From: Camelus dromedarius
Taxonomy: Eukaryota
Direction: 5' to 3'
NCBI RefSeq assembly: GCF_036321535.1
Contig: NC_087436.1
Coordinates: 79,114,001 to 79,178,000 of the forward strand
DNA: 64,000 nt
Shown: positions 41,680 to 52,980 of the stretch, piece by piece
Layout: each line of letters begins with the position of its first letter
How positions within the stretch are numbered: position 1 is the first letter of the stretch
Made by a program: the position numbers and the translations under genes
Notes under the pieces: model-generated
What the model was told of the DNA's origin: nothing
Databases searched by the model: none
Seen by the model: the letters and a program-made list of their open reading frames with translations, nothing else

Positions 41680-43483
41680 CTGAACACATGAAGGCAGAGG
41701 CGCAAATGACTCCACTCTGCCCCTGCTTCCCCCGCCCCCCACGCAGTCGAAAGTTAGTTTGCCTTCATGAATGGCAGCCCACATCCTGGGGATTTGCACA
41801 TACCGTGCTGCCAAGTTAATCGGCACTACTTTGTTCAACATTGCATTAGCTTCTCCCTTCTCCCCATCTAATCATTTTAGGAGTGACAGCACCTTGGAAA
41901 GTCTGTATTCTTTTTGTAGTAACGCCTTCAAATACATATTGAATGATTCACTGAATCCTAGTCATGTTCCAAAGATTGTCCTCAGTGCTGATAATGCCTC
42001 TGTCTGAAGTCTAGTAGGGAAGTCACATAATACAAAAAGTTCCCCAACAGAACTACTCAAGACACCTAGGTGTCACCCACAGAAATGGGATCTCCTAGGC
42101 TGTGGGAAGAAAAGATGGCTTGATCTGAATATTGAAGGAAGATTAGGGATTTTACAGGTAGAGAAAAGGGAAAAAAGCCTCTTTGAGATAACCTGCATGT
42201 CTTGGCAATGCCTGGTCTTCATTCAACACGGCTAGAGCCCAGGGATGGGATGGGGATGAGGCTAGAAGACAAGGCAGGTTGGGACAGGACAGTGAAGAAA
42301 TATGAGACCTCAGAGTGGGTCATGAAAGTCATGAGGAACCTCTGAAGTATCTTAAAAAGAAAGAATGATTTGGTCAGATCTATAATTAAGGAATCCTGCC
42401 ATGAAACTATTAAGTTCATATTAGAACATGTAATTCACTTACTTGAGGAACAATACTAGGGTTTGGAGGATTAAAATGTTCCTCTTTAGAAGGTTTTAGT
42501 TTTGTAGTCTCATTATCACTATGATTTGCAGATGTTGAACTAATGTCCTGAGAAGTGTAACTCATGACTCCAGGTCTCCAGTAAGACAATGAGAGCAAAT
42601 CAACAAACCCAGTTGTTCCATTTCCCGGGTAACCCTTTTCTTCTATGCTTTGCAATGTAATTATTAACTTGATTCCAAATTTCAACTTCACTGCTAAGTT
42701 AAAGGTTAACAAGATTTTCTTCCCTGTCTCAGAACACGATGTAGATTTGAAACAGGCAAAAAAAAATCTCAGAGCAAACATTTTTTTGGTAAGTAGGTTT
42801 GTTTGTTTCTTGCTTGGTGTTGAGAACTACGCATTTGACCTCTGACACTTTCATCTCACCCTCAAACTTCCTTTTCTCAGAAAGTCACTTAGACATCAGA
42901 AAATGAAATGAAGCAAAACAAAAAACAGAGTCAGAGATATTTTACCCAATGAGAAGTTAATTGCCTTTAAAATTCTTTGTTCTTATGTGTATAAAAAAAC
43001 CTAAAAGCCCTAAATTAAAATAGTTCTTCTCTGAGCTCATGCTGAAACCATGGATGAAAATTATCCCTTGTGTACTGGACACAATGGAACTATAATATAA
43101 GGAGTTGAATTTAAATGTAACAAGAGCAGCCTTTTTAAAAAAAAAAATCAAGTTAAGCTTGAAACATCTCTTCTATATAATGCACAGTCAACTTAAAATC
43201 ATTAGGCCAAGCTTGTGCATGGTTAGAGTCATTTGCTTTTATACTGTTATTTTAACCCAGCACTTATTTTTAAGAGTAAAACTATTCTTTGAAGGAAGGA
43301 GAAGAATTACCTTATACTCAGTACAGGCATTTTCTGTTAATAAAGCGTTGCCTGACATGCAGGGTGCCCTGGAGGAGTAGGTCAGGAACTTTTATTACAT
43401 GATAAGGGAGGAATGAGGGGAGGATTTGGTCTTTGTTAATTTGCCTCCATGTCAGTTACCGGGGCCCTTTTCCCAGCACTTAC

Positions 43484-43595
43484 AGACCCCGCAGTCGCTG
43501 AAGCAGTCACACATGCCCGTCTGCCAGTTGGAGGTTTGAAGTACTGGACCACTTGTAGGCTGAGTCACAATGACCACTGGGGATGCAGCTTGCAT
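43484..43595 (-). CDS. PLAC8: PLAC8 first coding exon, CDS part (exon spans 43484-43625 with 30 nt of 5'UTR)
   Basis: Minus strand: ttcctttcag|ATCACAG...CCAAA ATG CAA GCT...GGG GTC T|gtaagt; encodes MQAASPVVIVTQPTSGPVLQTSNWQTGMCDCFSDCGV. Confidence 0.95.
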
Positions 43596-43899
43596 TTTGG
43601 TTACTGAATCTTCAGTAGCTGTGATCTGAAAGGAAAAAAGTTAGTGTCGGTAGCCTGGAGGTTGCTCTTGGAAGCCTGTTTTGAGGCACTCTGCTTTGTA
43701 GGCAAGTAAGGAGATTTAGATCAAGTGGCTTGTTAGTCCCTGAAGAACATAATTTCTGCAGTGTTCCCTGGGGGAAGAGATTCACTGAAGTGGTAAAAGG
43801 TAAAAATGCTCCCCTAGAAGTACAGGGAATGTAACAGGGTTGCAAGTACTATTTTTAAGCAGGTGCCTAGTCTGCACACAAGACAGGGAAACAAATGAG

Positions 43900-44377
43900 G
43901 ACACCTATGGCCATGCCAACTACACCCTGTCACTCGCCATTTGGCTCTACAAGAATGAAGTCTCTAGCTACCGCAGTGGCTGACCTTCAACACACCTTGA
44001 AAGGAGCTCAGGGTGGAGATCAGGAATGAGACACTCTGTGCTCTGGGGGAAACTGGCAGAACAGGGCTTCAGATAGATATTTGCAGAAGATTTTATGAGC
44101 CCAATTTCTTGCATCTTCTCATTTCTAGAAAAGAACTAAAATCATTAACAAAGACATCTGATCCTTACGACTAGCAGAAACTTTCTGCCAAGATGTGTGC
44201 TTGACTGCACATATCCCTCTTCACTAAAATCACACATATACTGACCTCCCCACCTGCTTCTTCCGAGCACTTCCTCAGAGCTATCTGAGAGGCTGTCTCC
44301 CGGGCAATAGCCCTCATTTGGCCCCAAGTAAAACTTAACTCACAACTCCCACATTGTGTATTTTTTTTTAGCCAACA
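43900..44377 (+). mobile_element. ERV1-type solo LTR (MER41-like of artiodactyls, tentative); 5' boundary uncertain
   Basis: cagagctatctgagaggctgtctcccgggc...agtaaaacttaactcacaactc...ccaaca LTR-like R/U5 end. Confidence 0.55.
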
Positions 44378-44499
44378 GCCAGAAATAGCAAATAAGGGAA
44401 ACAGACTCTCTAAAACTGCACCATCCTAAGTTTCTGTGCACACACACATTTCCCCCTCTTTCTCCTTTTTTTAATGTTTCCTTTTTTATGGACTTGTTT

Positions 44500-45815
44500 C
44501 TGATTGTAAAGAAAAAAACTCTCCTGTTTTCTGTCTACTCTCAGAACACTCTACTTCACTTGTGATCACTGAATGTGTGGTAGCTTTTCGCACACTAAGC
44601 AATTCTGCAACACCCGCTGGGTGTCCATTGGGCTGCACCCCATAGGCTTGCAAGCCCTGTGCTTGCCTAGCCTCTAGATCAAAAAAAAAAGGTCCCGGAG
44701 CCAGTGACAGAGACATCAATAGTTTAATGGATGGGGGAGCTTACATGTCTGAAAAAAAGTCTTGGAGTGATGCCCCACCATGTGCAGTGGGCGGTGGGCA
44801 GGACATAACAGTAGTCTTAGCCCCCAGGTTGGCTCATTGGTTACCAAGGAAACCAGCAGAGGAGCATGCCCCCCACCACCTCTTTGAAAAGCTATCATGG
44901 TGGAGGTGTTCTGATCCAAATCTTAGAACAGTCTCTAGCGGGGGCCGGGGGCAATTACATAGGAATTTAGGAATTTGATTAGGCATGTGATTAAGAGGGA
45001 AGATCAGTCATGTGAGTTGGGTGTAGGTGAAGCAGAGGCTGGTTGAGCAAGAGATGTTCAGAGAGAAGAGAACTGTCATGTTGGGGGGGGTCCAACCATA
45101 TGTGGTTCTACAGTTTAGCTCAATTCCAACAAGTGTGTACAGGAGATAGTGTCAGATTCCACAAGCGAAGTGCTCAGTGCCACAAAACTGCCCTCCCTCC
45201 CCTACCTCAGATGCCAATTGTAAGTCCAGGTTATCACCTGTGCTTCTGACCAACTGGTTTGATTAATTTGTTGAAGTGGCTGACAGAGCTCAGGAAAACA
45301 GTTTACTTACTGGATGATTGATATATTATAAAGGATATTGAAGGATACAAATGAACAGCCAGATGACAGATACCGAAGGTGAGGTTCAGAGCCTGTGGAG
45401 TTTGGGTATGCCACCCCTCCCAGCACACCAACACAAAAGCTCTCTGAACCCTGTCCTTTAGGGTTTTCATGGAGGCTTCATTACATAGACATGATTGATT
45501 GAATCCTTGGCCATTGGTGATTGAACTCAATCTCCAACTCCTTTCCCTTTCCTGGAAGCCTAGGAGGTAGGGCTAAAAGCTCCAAACCTCTAATCACAGG
45601 TTGGTTCCCCTGGCAACCAGCCCCAATCCTCAAGGCTTTCCAAAAGTCACTTCATTAGCATAAACTCCTCTGTAGTTGAGAGGGGCTTGCTATGAATAAT
45701 AAGACATCTTTATGATTCTTACCTCTTAAGAATTTCCAAAGATTTTAGAAGCTCTGTGCTATGAACAAGAATGAAGACCAAATATGTATTTCTTATTATA
45801 AACCACAATATCACA
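44500..45815 (-). mobile_element. MER21-like LTR, interrupted by a second LTR-like insert (~44627-45100)
   Basis: Minus strand begins tgtgatattgtggtttataataagaaatacatatttggtc, the MER21 5' terminus as recalled; gctgggtgtcc...ctcaattc split by the insert. Confidence 0.7.
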
Positions 45816-46306
45816 GAAGTCCTCTCCAATCTTTCTGCATCCAAGTTGGTTCTTCTCTTCAAATTTACCTGGAGCCTGTATCCCTCTGTGAGTGCTGACT
45901 TGCCAGACCCTTGACACGTGTTAGGGGCAAGCCCTTATAGTGTACCCCAGTAAAGATTATTATGAAGTACATTTTGTTAGGTTAGTCCTAATTTCTCTCC
46001 ATCATGAGAGGCACTGCAGGGTCATGGAACATTGATCTGATCTGGAATGAGAATATCTTTGCTCAAATTCCAGTTTCCTAAACTGTGTTATCTTGAACTA
46101 GTCATTGAACAGCCTAGTCATTTAACTAGTCATTTAAATTTCCACTTACTAATCTGTAAAATGGAAATAGTTTCTGACCTATCCACCTCTCATGCTTATT
46201 GAGGGCATTAAATGAGATAAAGCTTGGGGATGAGTTTAATGAACATTAAAAAAAATCAGATAAATATAAGGGAGAGTGGCTAATTATGTACAAAAATGTA
46301 GCAAGG

Positions 46307-46310
<4 letters not shown>

Positions 46311-46353
<43 letters not shown>

Positions 46354-46465
46354 GGGGGTAATTAGGTATTTATTTATTTATTTTAACAGAGGTACTGAGG
46401 ATTGAACCCAGGACCTCGTGCCTGCTAAGCATGCGCTCTAACACTAAGCTGTACCCTGCCCACCC
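46311..46465 (-). mobile_element. tRNA-derived SINE with (GT)21 at its tail
   Basis: Same body; (GT)21 at 46311-46352; TSD-like ag(c/t)aagga(a/g)ctg. Confidence 0.85.
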
Positions 46466-48868
46466 AGTAAGGAGCTGCTTTTGATGATTTCCACAAACGT
46501 TTATTGGCAATTATATGAGCTTGTAGTCACAGAGATTCTACTCTGTCAGGCACTGTACTAGATTCACATTGTCCACTTAATCCTACAACAGCCCTATTAG
46601 GTAGGAATTATTATCTTTATTGAGTTGATGAGGAAATGGATGCTCAGAGACTTTAAGTGAATTGTGAAATTCAAATCCTTCTCAGGCTCATTCCACAGTC
46701 CCTGCTCCTGCCTTTGCCCCTCAGCTTTAGAGTCCCCACTCCATCAGAACACTTAGTACATACAGATGGCATTGCCATTGGTGTGTTGTGATCTCCTTGA
46801 GAACTGGAACCCTCTCTTTATATTTATTTCTTTAGCACCAAGCTCAATGCTAGGCTCACAGAAGATACTTTTTATTGCCTTGTTGAATTAAATACTTATT
46901 TTATGCTTGATTCACTTACAGTGTGCTAGACACTGAGGTGTAATACATTTCCACTTCAGATTTCTTTTTTCTGTAGGTGTTTTTTGCTTGTTTGTTTTGC
47001 TTTCTTTCTTTTTTTTTTTCATTTTTTGGTTTTTTCTTTTTAGTTCTTACTTTTTAATGAAGTGAGTTGATTTCAGGACATGTTTTTAAAAGCACAAAAG
47101 AAAAATACTAAAATCAAAAACACAATGCCTCCAGATACTCAGGCAATGTGATTGTACTATTTGCTTTCTTACATTATTCCCCTCATAGAACAGTTTCAAA
47201 AGCAAGCAGATAACTTCCACTGTCCCCTATTACTTTGTAATTTTTCTATTTCTTGAGTTAGCTGGTTTCTTTCTTGATTGCATTGCTTAGTGACACCTGG
47301 CTAGTTTGGTAGTTCCTGAAAAAAGAGAGCAGCATATGAAACAGAACAACATCTTGAGTGTTTCTCTGCATAACTGAAAACGCATCAGCATTGGTTCAAA
47401 CATGTCTAAATCTCCGCAGGCTTCATCACAGCTAATTGTAAATTAACCAGGTCTACTTTTATGGATGGTTCTCTGAGTCCTAGCAAACAGCCTCATGGGA
47501 AGAACATTCAGTGTTTCTGGATGAGGATAAAACAAATTTATTTTTATTATTTTTTTAAAAAGAAGGAAGAAACTTTAAAATGTTCTTTTAAATGTTTGTA
47601 TCAAACATTATCACCTTTAGAAAATAGCTCTAGGTACTTCCCTTCCCAGTAGTGAGTGTGGTATGCAAATGCCACATATTTTTCTAAGTTTTAATAAAAT
47701 GATTATAAAATAACAAAATGAAAACAAGGACTAAATTTGAATTAAGTATTTTAAGAAAACTTTAAAATGAGAGAAATTTAAAAGCCCCAAGGTTGAGAAA
47801 AATGACAAAAAGGCAGGAACAGATAATTCACAAAAAATGTGACATGAAAATGACCCTTAAATAGATTTATAAAAAAGATGTTCAAATTCATTCAATATTA
47901 AATACATATAAATTAAACACTTAGATTGGCAAAAATTAAAAAGAAGGCAACACAGTCTTTTGGCAAGGCTGTGGAGAAACAGGCACTCTAAAATATTGCT
48001 GGTGTGAATGCAAACTGGTACGACCATTCTGGGAGGACCTTTGGCAATACCTAACAAAACTATGTAAACACTTTCCATTTGACCAAGTAATCCCTCCCCT
48101 AGAAATTCATCCTGAAGATACACCTCCAACAATGCAAAAATACACATGCATGAGGTTATTCATAGCAGCATTGCTTGTTTTTACGAAATAATTGTAAACA
48201 ATACATGGGAGAGAGGTTGAATAAACTATGGTATACTCGCACAATGCAGTGTTATGCAGCTGTCAAGAAAAGAATGAGGATAAGCTCTATAAACTAACAT
48301 GAAGTGACATCCAGGATATATATAAGTCGTAAAAAAATGTACAAAAGAATGGCTATGGTATGAAATCCTTTATATAAGAAATAAAGGGATATAAGGAAAC
48401 ATACTATATCTGTTCAACTGTGAAATAAGAAGTACAGGAAGAATGAACCAGGAACAAATGAAATTTCTTATGTTCAAAGTAAATGAGACGGAAAGAATGA
48501 GAGAATGGAAATGGAGTAGCAGGGGTGGTGACAACACTACTCTCAGTGTGCCTTTTCACTTGACTCTGACTCATCCGACCATGCTAATATTTCACGTATC
48601 AAGTCAACACACAATGGATCAGTAAAATCAATCAGAACGTGGAAGGAGTCCAAAGTGCAATATAAACAGTAACAAACAGAGCTGAGTGTATTACAATTAA
48701 TATTACAACCACACGAAAGGGACTGGGGAAGAAAAGGGTAAACTAAATAACTTTGCAAAGTATTTTGAATATATAATGTAAAGCTGAAGACAAAAATAAC
48801 TGACGTAAGTATTGTACTCTAGTTAGTAAACTTGCTTCTTACAGGGGTAGAAACTAGCAATTCTGAAA

Positions 48869-48940
48869 CATATATATATATACCATATATATTTATATAT
48901 ATATTATATATATACTTATATATATTATATGTATATATAT
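48869..48940. repeat. Imperfect (TA)n low-complexity tract
   Basis: Read directly. Confidence 0.85.
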
Positions 48941-49070
48941 TTAGCTTGAATAAGTAAATACATTGTGGATAATGAGACTGTACTGTCAGAGAAAGAAATT
49001 ACAAATAAGAAAAGGAGGACAGCTAGTATGAATCCTGTTGAATTAGAATCAGAGGTATGAACTCATGGTT

Positions 49071-49074
<4 letters not shown>

Positions 49075-49124
<50 letters not shown>

Positions 49125-49141
49125 ACACATACACACACACA
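49075..49141. repeat. (AC)22 plus interrupted extension
   Basis: Read directly. Confidence 0.95.
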
Positions 49142-50189
49142 GAGTTATAAATAGGGGAGTAAATCCCCTTTGTGGGGTCTTTAAGGAGAACTCCAACACA
49201 GCTGTGGAAATTCTACTCAGAGAGGCATATAAAATTAAAGAATTTATTCTACTCACAGGTCCTAAGGAGGGAGGCACAGCATGCCCAGAGGGTCTATAAC
49301 AACGATTACTGTGGATTTGTCAAATGTTGATCTTGTATTTCCCACTCCCACATTCATTAATGGGAATTCTACTGTAGGAAAGCACTATCCCCTTCTCCCT
49401 CATTTAAAAATTCCTTTATTTATATCAGCATAGAATTATGGATAGTTTCTCTAGACAATATTAAAATTGCATCATTGCTCAAATTGTCCCAGATGTAGCA
49501 TTGGAAGAGCCATCCAGTTGGTTCTGAGGTCCCGCTTCTAATCCACGCTATTTTATTTTTTGGTCCCACAAGATGTTTCAGATTTATCTTGTACTTTCCC
49601 TGCCCCAGCCTTTTAATCAACCATTTCTCCAATGAACTTGGGCTTTTAAAATTTGAAAAACAGTATTTAGAAACCAAGATTTGGATGGATGGATGCTAAA
49701 ATTAGACTTTGAAAGTATGATGAGAAACAAGACGTTTACATGGTCTCAAAGTATCTCCCCACAGGCTATTTCCTAATTACAAAGGGAAAAACAGCAACTT
49801 TCTACTGGATAAACCTGGCAGACACTATCTTAGTCAAATGATCAAAGTTAATATTATCAATAATGGGACATCTTGACATGCTCTAGAAAGTGGACACAAT
49901 ACTATGACTGGGTATATTAATAAATCTTATCTATAGGAGGTGCTGACTAGAGCAAGGCTAACTCTGCAATAGGTTATATTAGCAATCACTCATGTGAGTC
50001 AGGAAAGGGAAATGTTTGGTATTTTGTGGCTTGGATGATGATTAAAATTCATCTGTGTTCAAATACGATTATGGAGTGCTAGCGTTGTTATTTTGATCCA
50101 TCATGGTCACAGTGTAGCCTTATCTCATGTTAACACTCTGTGAGGTTGTTTCATGTGCCAGGGAACACCAAGACCAGGTGAGAGGGATG

Positions 50190-50682
50190 ACACAGATGGA
50201 CGTGGAGGGCATGATGCTAAGCTAAATAAGTCAGACAGAGAAAGACAAATACAGTATGATCTCACCTATTTGTGGAATCTAAAACAAACAAGCAAGCCAA
50301 ACTCATGGTTTGGCTTTCAGATAACAGATCGGTGGTTGCCAGAGGTGAGAGGTGGAAAGTGGGTGAAATGGGGGAAGACGGTCAAAAGGCCCACACTTCC
50401 TGTTGTGAAATAAGTAAGTCCTGGGGATGTGATGTACCGCATGGTGACTATAGTTAATAATGCTAAATTGTCTATTTGAAAGTTGCTAAGAGAATAAATG
50501 TTAAAAGTTCTCATCACAAGAAAAAATAATTTGTTAACTGTGTGGTGATGGATGTTAACTAGTTTTACTGTGGTGATCATTTCACAATATATCAAATCAT
50601 TATATTGTACATCTGAAACTAATACAGTGTTATATGTCAATTATAGCTCAGAAAAAAAAAAAAAGAAAAAGAAAAAGAAAAA
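50190..50682 (+). mobile_element. LINE-1 3' end (L1MA-like) with A-rich tail
   Basis: aaataagtcagacagagaaagacaaatac...gaaagttgctaagaga...gtcaattata, then an (A)n/(GAAAAA)n tail. Confidence 0.8.
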
Positions 50683-52139
50683 GGCTTAGCGTGAGTGCCC
50701 GGCCAACTTGCAGCAACACCAAAGCCTAGCTCACAGCACTGGGCCAGCTCTGGGACAGCAAGGGCTGCTTTTCTCTTCCTTGGGACATTAGTGGGGCAAC
50801 TGGTAAAATTTGAACAAGACCTATAGATTAGTTTTTAGTAGTTTATCAACATTAATTTCCTGGTTTCAATATTTGTACAATGGTTATGTAAAACATTAAG
50901 AATCAGGAAACCTAGGTGAGGCGTGTGTGTGCTGTGTGCTAGTTTAAAAATAGCTTTATTGAGATATATTTTACATACCATAAAATTCACTCATTTAAAA
51001 TGGATACAGTTCAGTGACTAGAGTGTATAACTGTATAACCATCCCCATAATCTAATTTTAGAATATTATGTCACATATTCTCCAGAGAAAAAACATATCC
51101 ATTGGCAATCACTCCCGTTTCCTCTCACCTCCACCTCCAAACCACATTTAACCTGCTTTCTGCCTCTACTATTTTGCTTTATCCTAGACATTTCATACAA
51201 ATGGAATCACAGAATATAGTCTTTTGTGACTGACTTCCTTCAGTTAGCATGTTTTTAAGATTTTCAACAATCCATGCTGTAGTGTATATCAGTACTTTTC
51301 TGCTGAATCATACTGCATTCTGTGGATACACCATTTCGTGTTTATCCTTTCATCAGTTGATGGATATTCAGGTTGTTTCTACTTTGTGGTTATTATGAAT
51401 AATGCTCCTATTACTATCTGCGTACAAGTTTTTGTGTGAACATTTATTTTCATTTCTCTTCGGTGTACACCTAGAAGTGGCATTGCTGGGTCAAAATGGT
51501 AACTTTATGCTTAGTATTTTGGAAGGCAGCTATGCTAAGCACTATACCACCAAGGTCACGTATAGTGTTTGGAAGAACTGCTTCAAACTGTTTTCCAAAA
51601 CGGCTGCATTTTGTATAGGGCTCCATCATCCTGGCTAGCATTTGTTATTGTTTGTCTTTTTTTGTGTGCTATTTTTGCAACATTTTTCATAAATCTAAAA
51701 TTATTTCTAAAAAAATGACAAAACAAAACATAAAAGAGAATTCGGGGAGAGAAGAGCCCCATAGGATTTAGAATGAAAAATACAAAAGCAATCTGCTACA
51801 AACACTAGAAAAATATATCCCTAAACCCAAGTAGTATATAATGCAAATATAGCCATAATAAGATTTTTGAACTGTGGTTTCATTTCCCCCTTATAATTAT
51901 TAGGAACCATTCTAAAGAATTTCTTTTTTGTGTAAAACACCATAAAATGCATTCGGAATAGTTGAAGCTGATTAAAAATGTATTGTTTGTTCTTTTATAT
52001 GCATTAAAGTGGCTTTTGATTTTGATTTCTGATTGATTGGTGCCATAATGGCCTTTTACTGCTCTATTACAATAAAAGTTTAAACACTGTTAATCTCACA
52101 GAAAACAGTGCGAAAGGAAGTTCTAGTAGGTGAACAAAC

Positions 52140-52980
52140 AGCCGGAGGGTCAGGGGTGGGGGCGATCATTTCGGGGGTGCGTCATTTATGGGTGTCTATG
52201 TAGCGGGGAGGAGTCTATCTTGAAGGGTAGGGGTAGGCTCCTCAAGTGATGGAGCGAATGACCTTGCGTCTGGCTGTGCTCTGACTCCCTCGCAGGGAGG
52301 AGGGTCAAGGAGGCCGTGACAAGGGCAGGGCAGGGTGAGTGCGGAAGGGTATGCGGGCGTCAGGCTGGGTCGAGCCATCACACCCTTCCTCCCTAACCTC
52401 CCTCCCTGCCCTTCCGCAGCCTGTGGTTCTCTTCAGGGCGGAGAGCCCGCCGCCCCCGCTTCCGGCGCACGCGGGAGTTGTGGCCTCCGCAGGTGCGGGG
52501 CGGGCCGGGGTGTGGCTTCTCAGCCGCGCTGACCTCTCGACCGCTCGGGAAAGTGACTGCGAGCGGCCTGCGGGCGCGGAAGGTGTTCTCCACTTGGCCC
52601 CCACATTCGGCCTCCCAGGACCCGGCTATCTCCTCTGCTGGAACAGGATCCTATTTGCCCCCGAATTCTCCAGGGCAGCCAGCACGGAGCCCGCGGTCAG
52701 GGTCGGCCGTAAGCGGGGGACAGCCAGCTCTAGGTGGCTGCACCTCGCGGACGCACCGGACCTGCTGGGAACCGGCAGCGGCCGGGCAGTCGTGTCGTGG
52801 CGCCTCTCCCTCCCGGCACTCTGCCGCTCCCCCGGCCCCCGTCGCCCAGTCTCACCAGGCATATATAATACATTTTTAAAAGTTATCATCAGATAGGTGG
52901 GCTGATCAGCTCACTGATCGGGAAGTAAGACAGAAACGACCACCCCAGCCCCCCACCCACCTCGCCCCGCTGAGGTGGGC
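52140..52980. promoter_or_regulatory. CpG island inside PLAC8 intron 1 (likely alternative promoter or enhancer)
   Basis: Abrupt GC- and CpG-rich stretch in an AT-rich, CpG-depleted window; GC box GGGGCGGG 52497-52504; ETS motif CTTCCGG 52459-52465. Confidence 0.85.

Larger units (their letters stand above)
47760..50930 (+). mobile_element. Old L1MC-like element, fragmented, with LTR-like pieces, a nested L1 and an internal inversion
   Basis: ggcaaggctgtggagaaacaggcactc...; ctcaaagtatctcccc...aaacctggcagacac; ggacattagtggggcaactgg. Confidence 0.7.

Noticed and set aside
49023..49299. ORFs with THTHTH / VCVCVC runs
   Set aside because: Translation of the (AC)n microsatellite.
52305..52896. 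Overlapping 65-185 aa ORFs in the GC-rich region
   Set aside because: Expected in a CpG island where stop codons are scarce; Pro/Ala/Gly/Arg-rich with no recognisable domain, and they occur in several frames on both strands.
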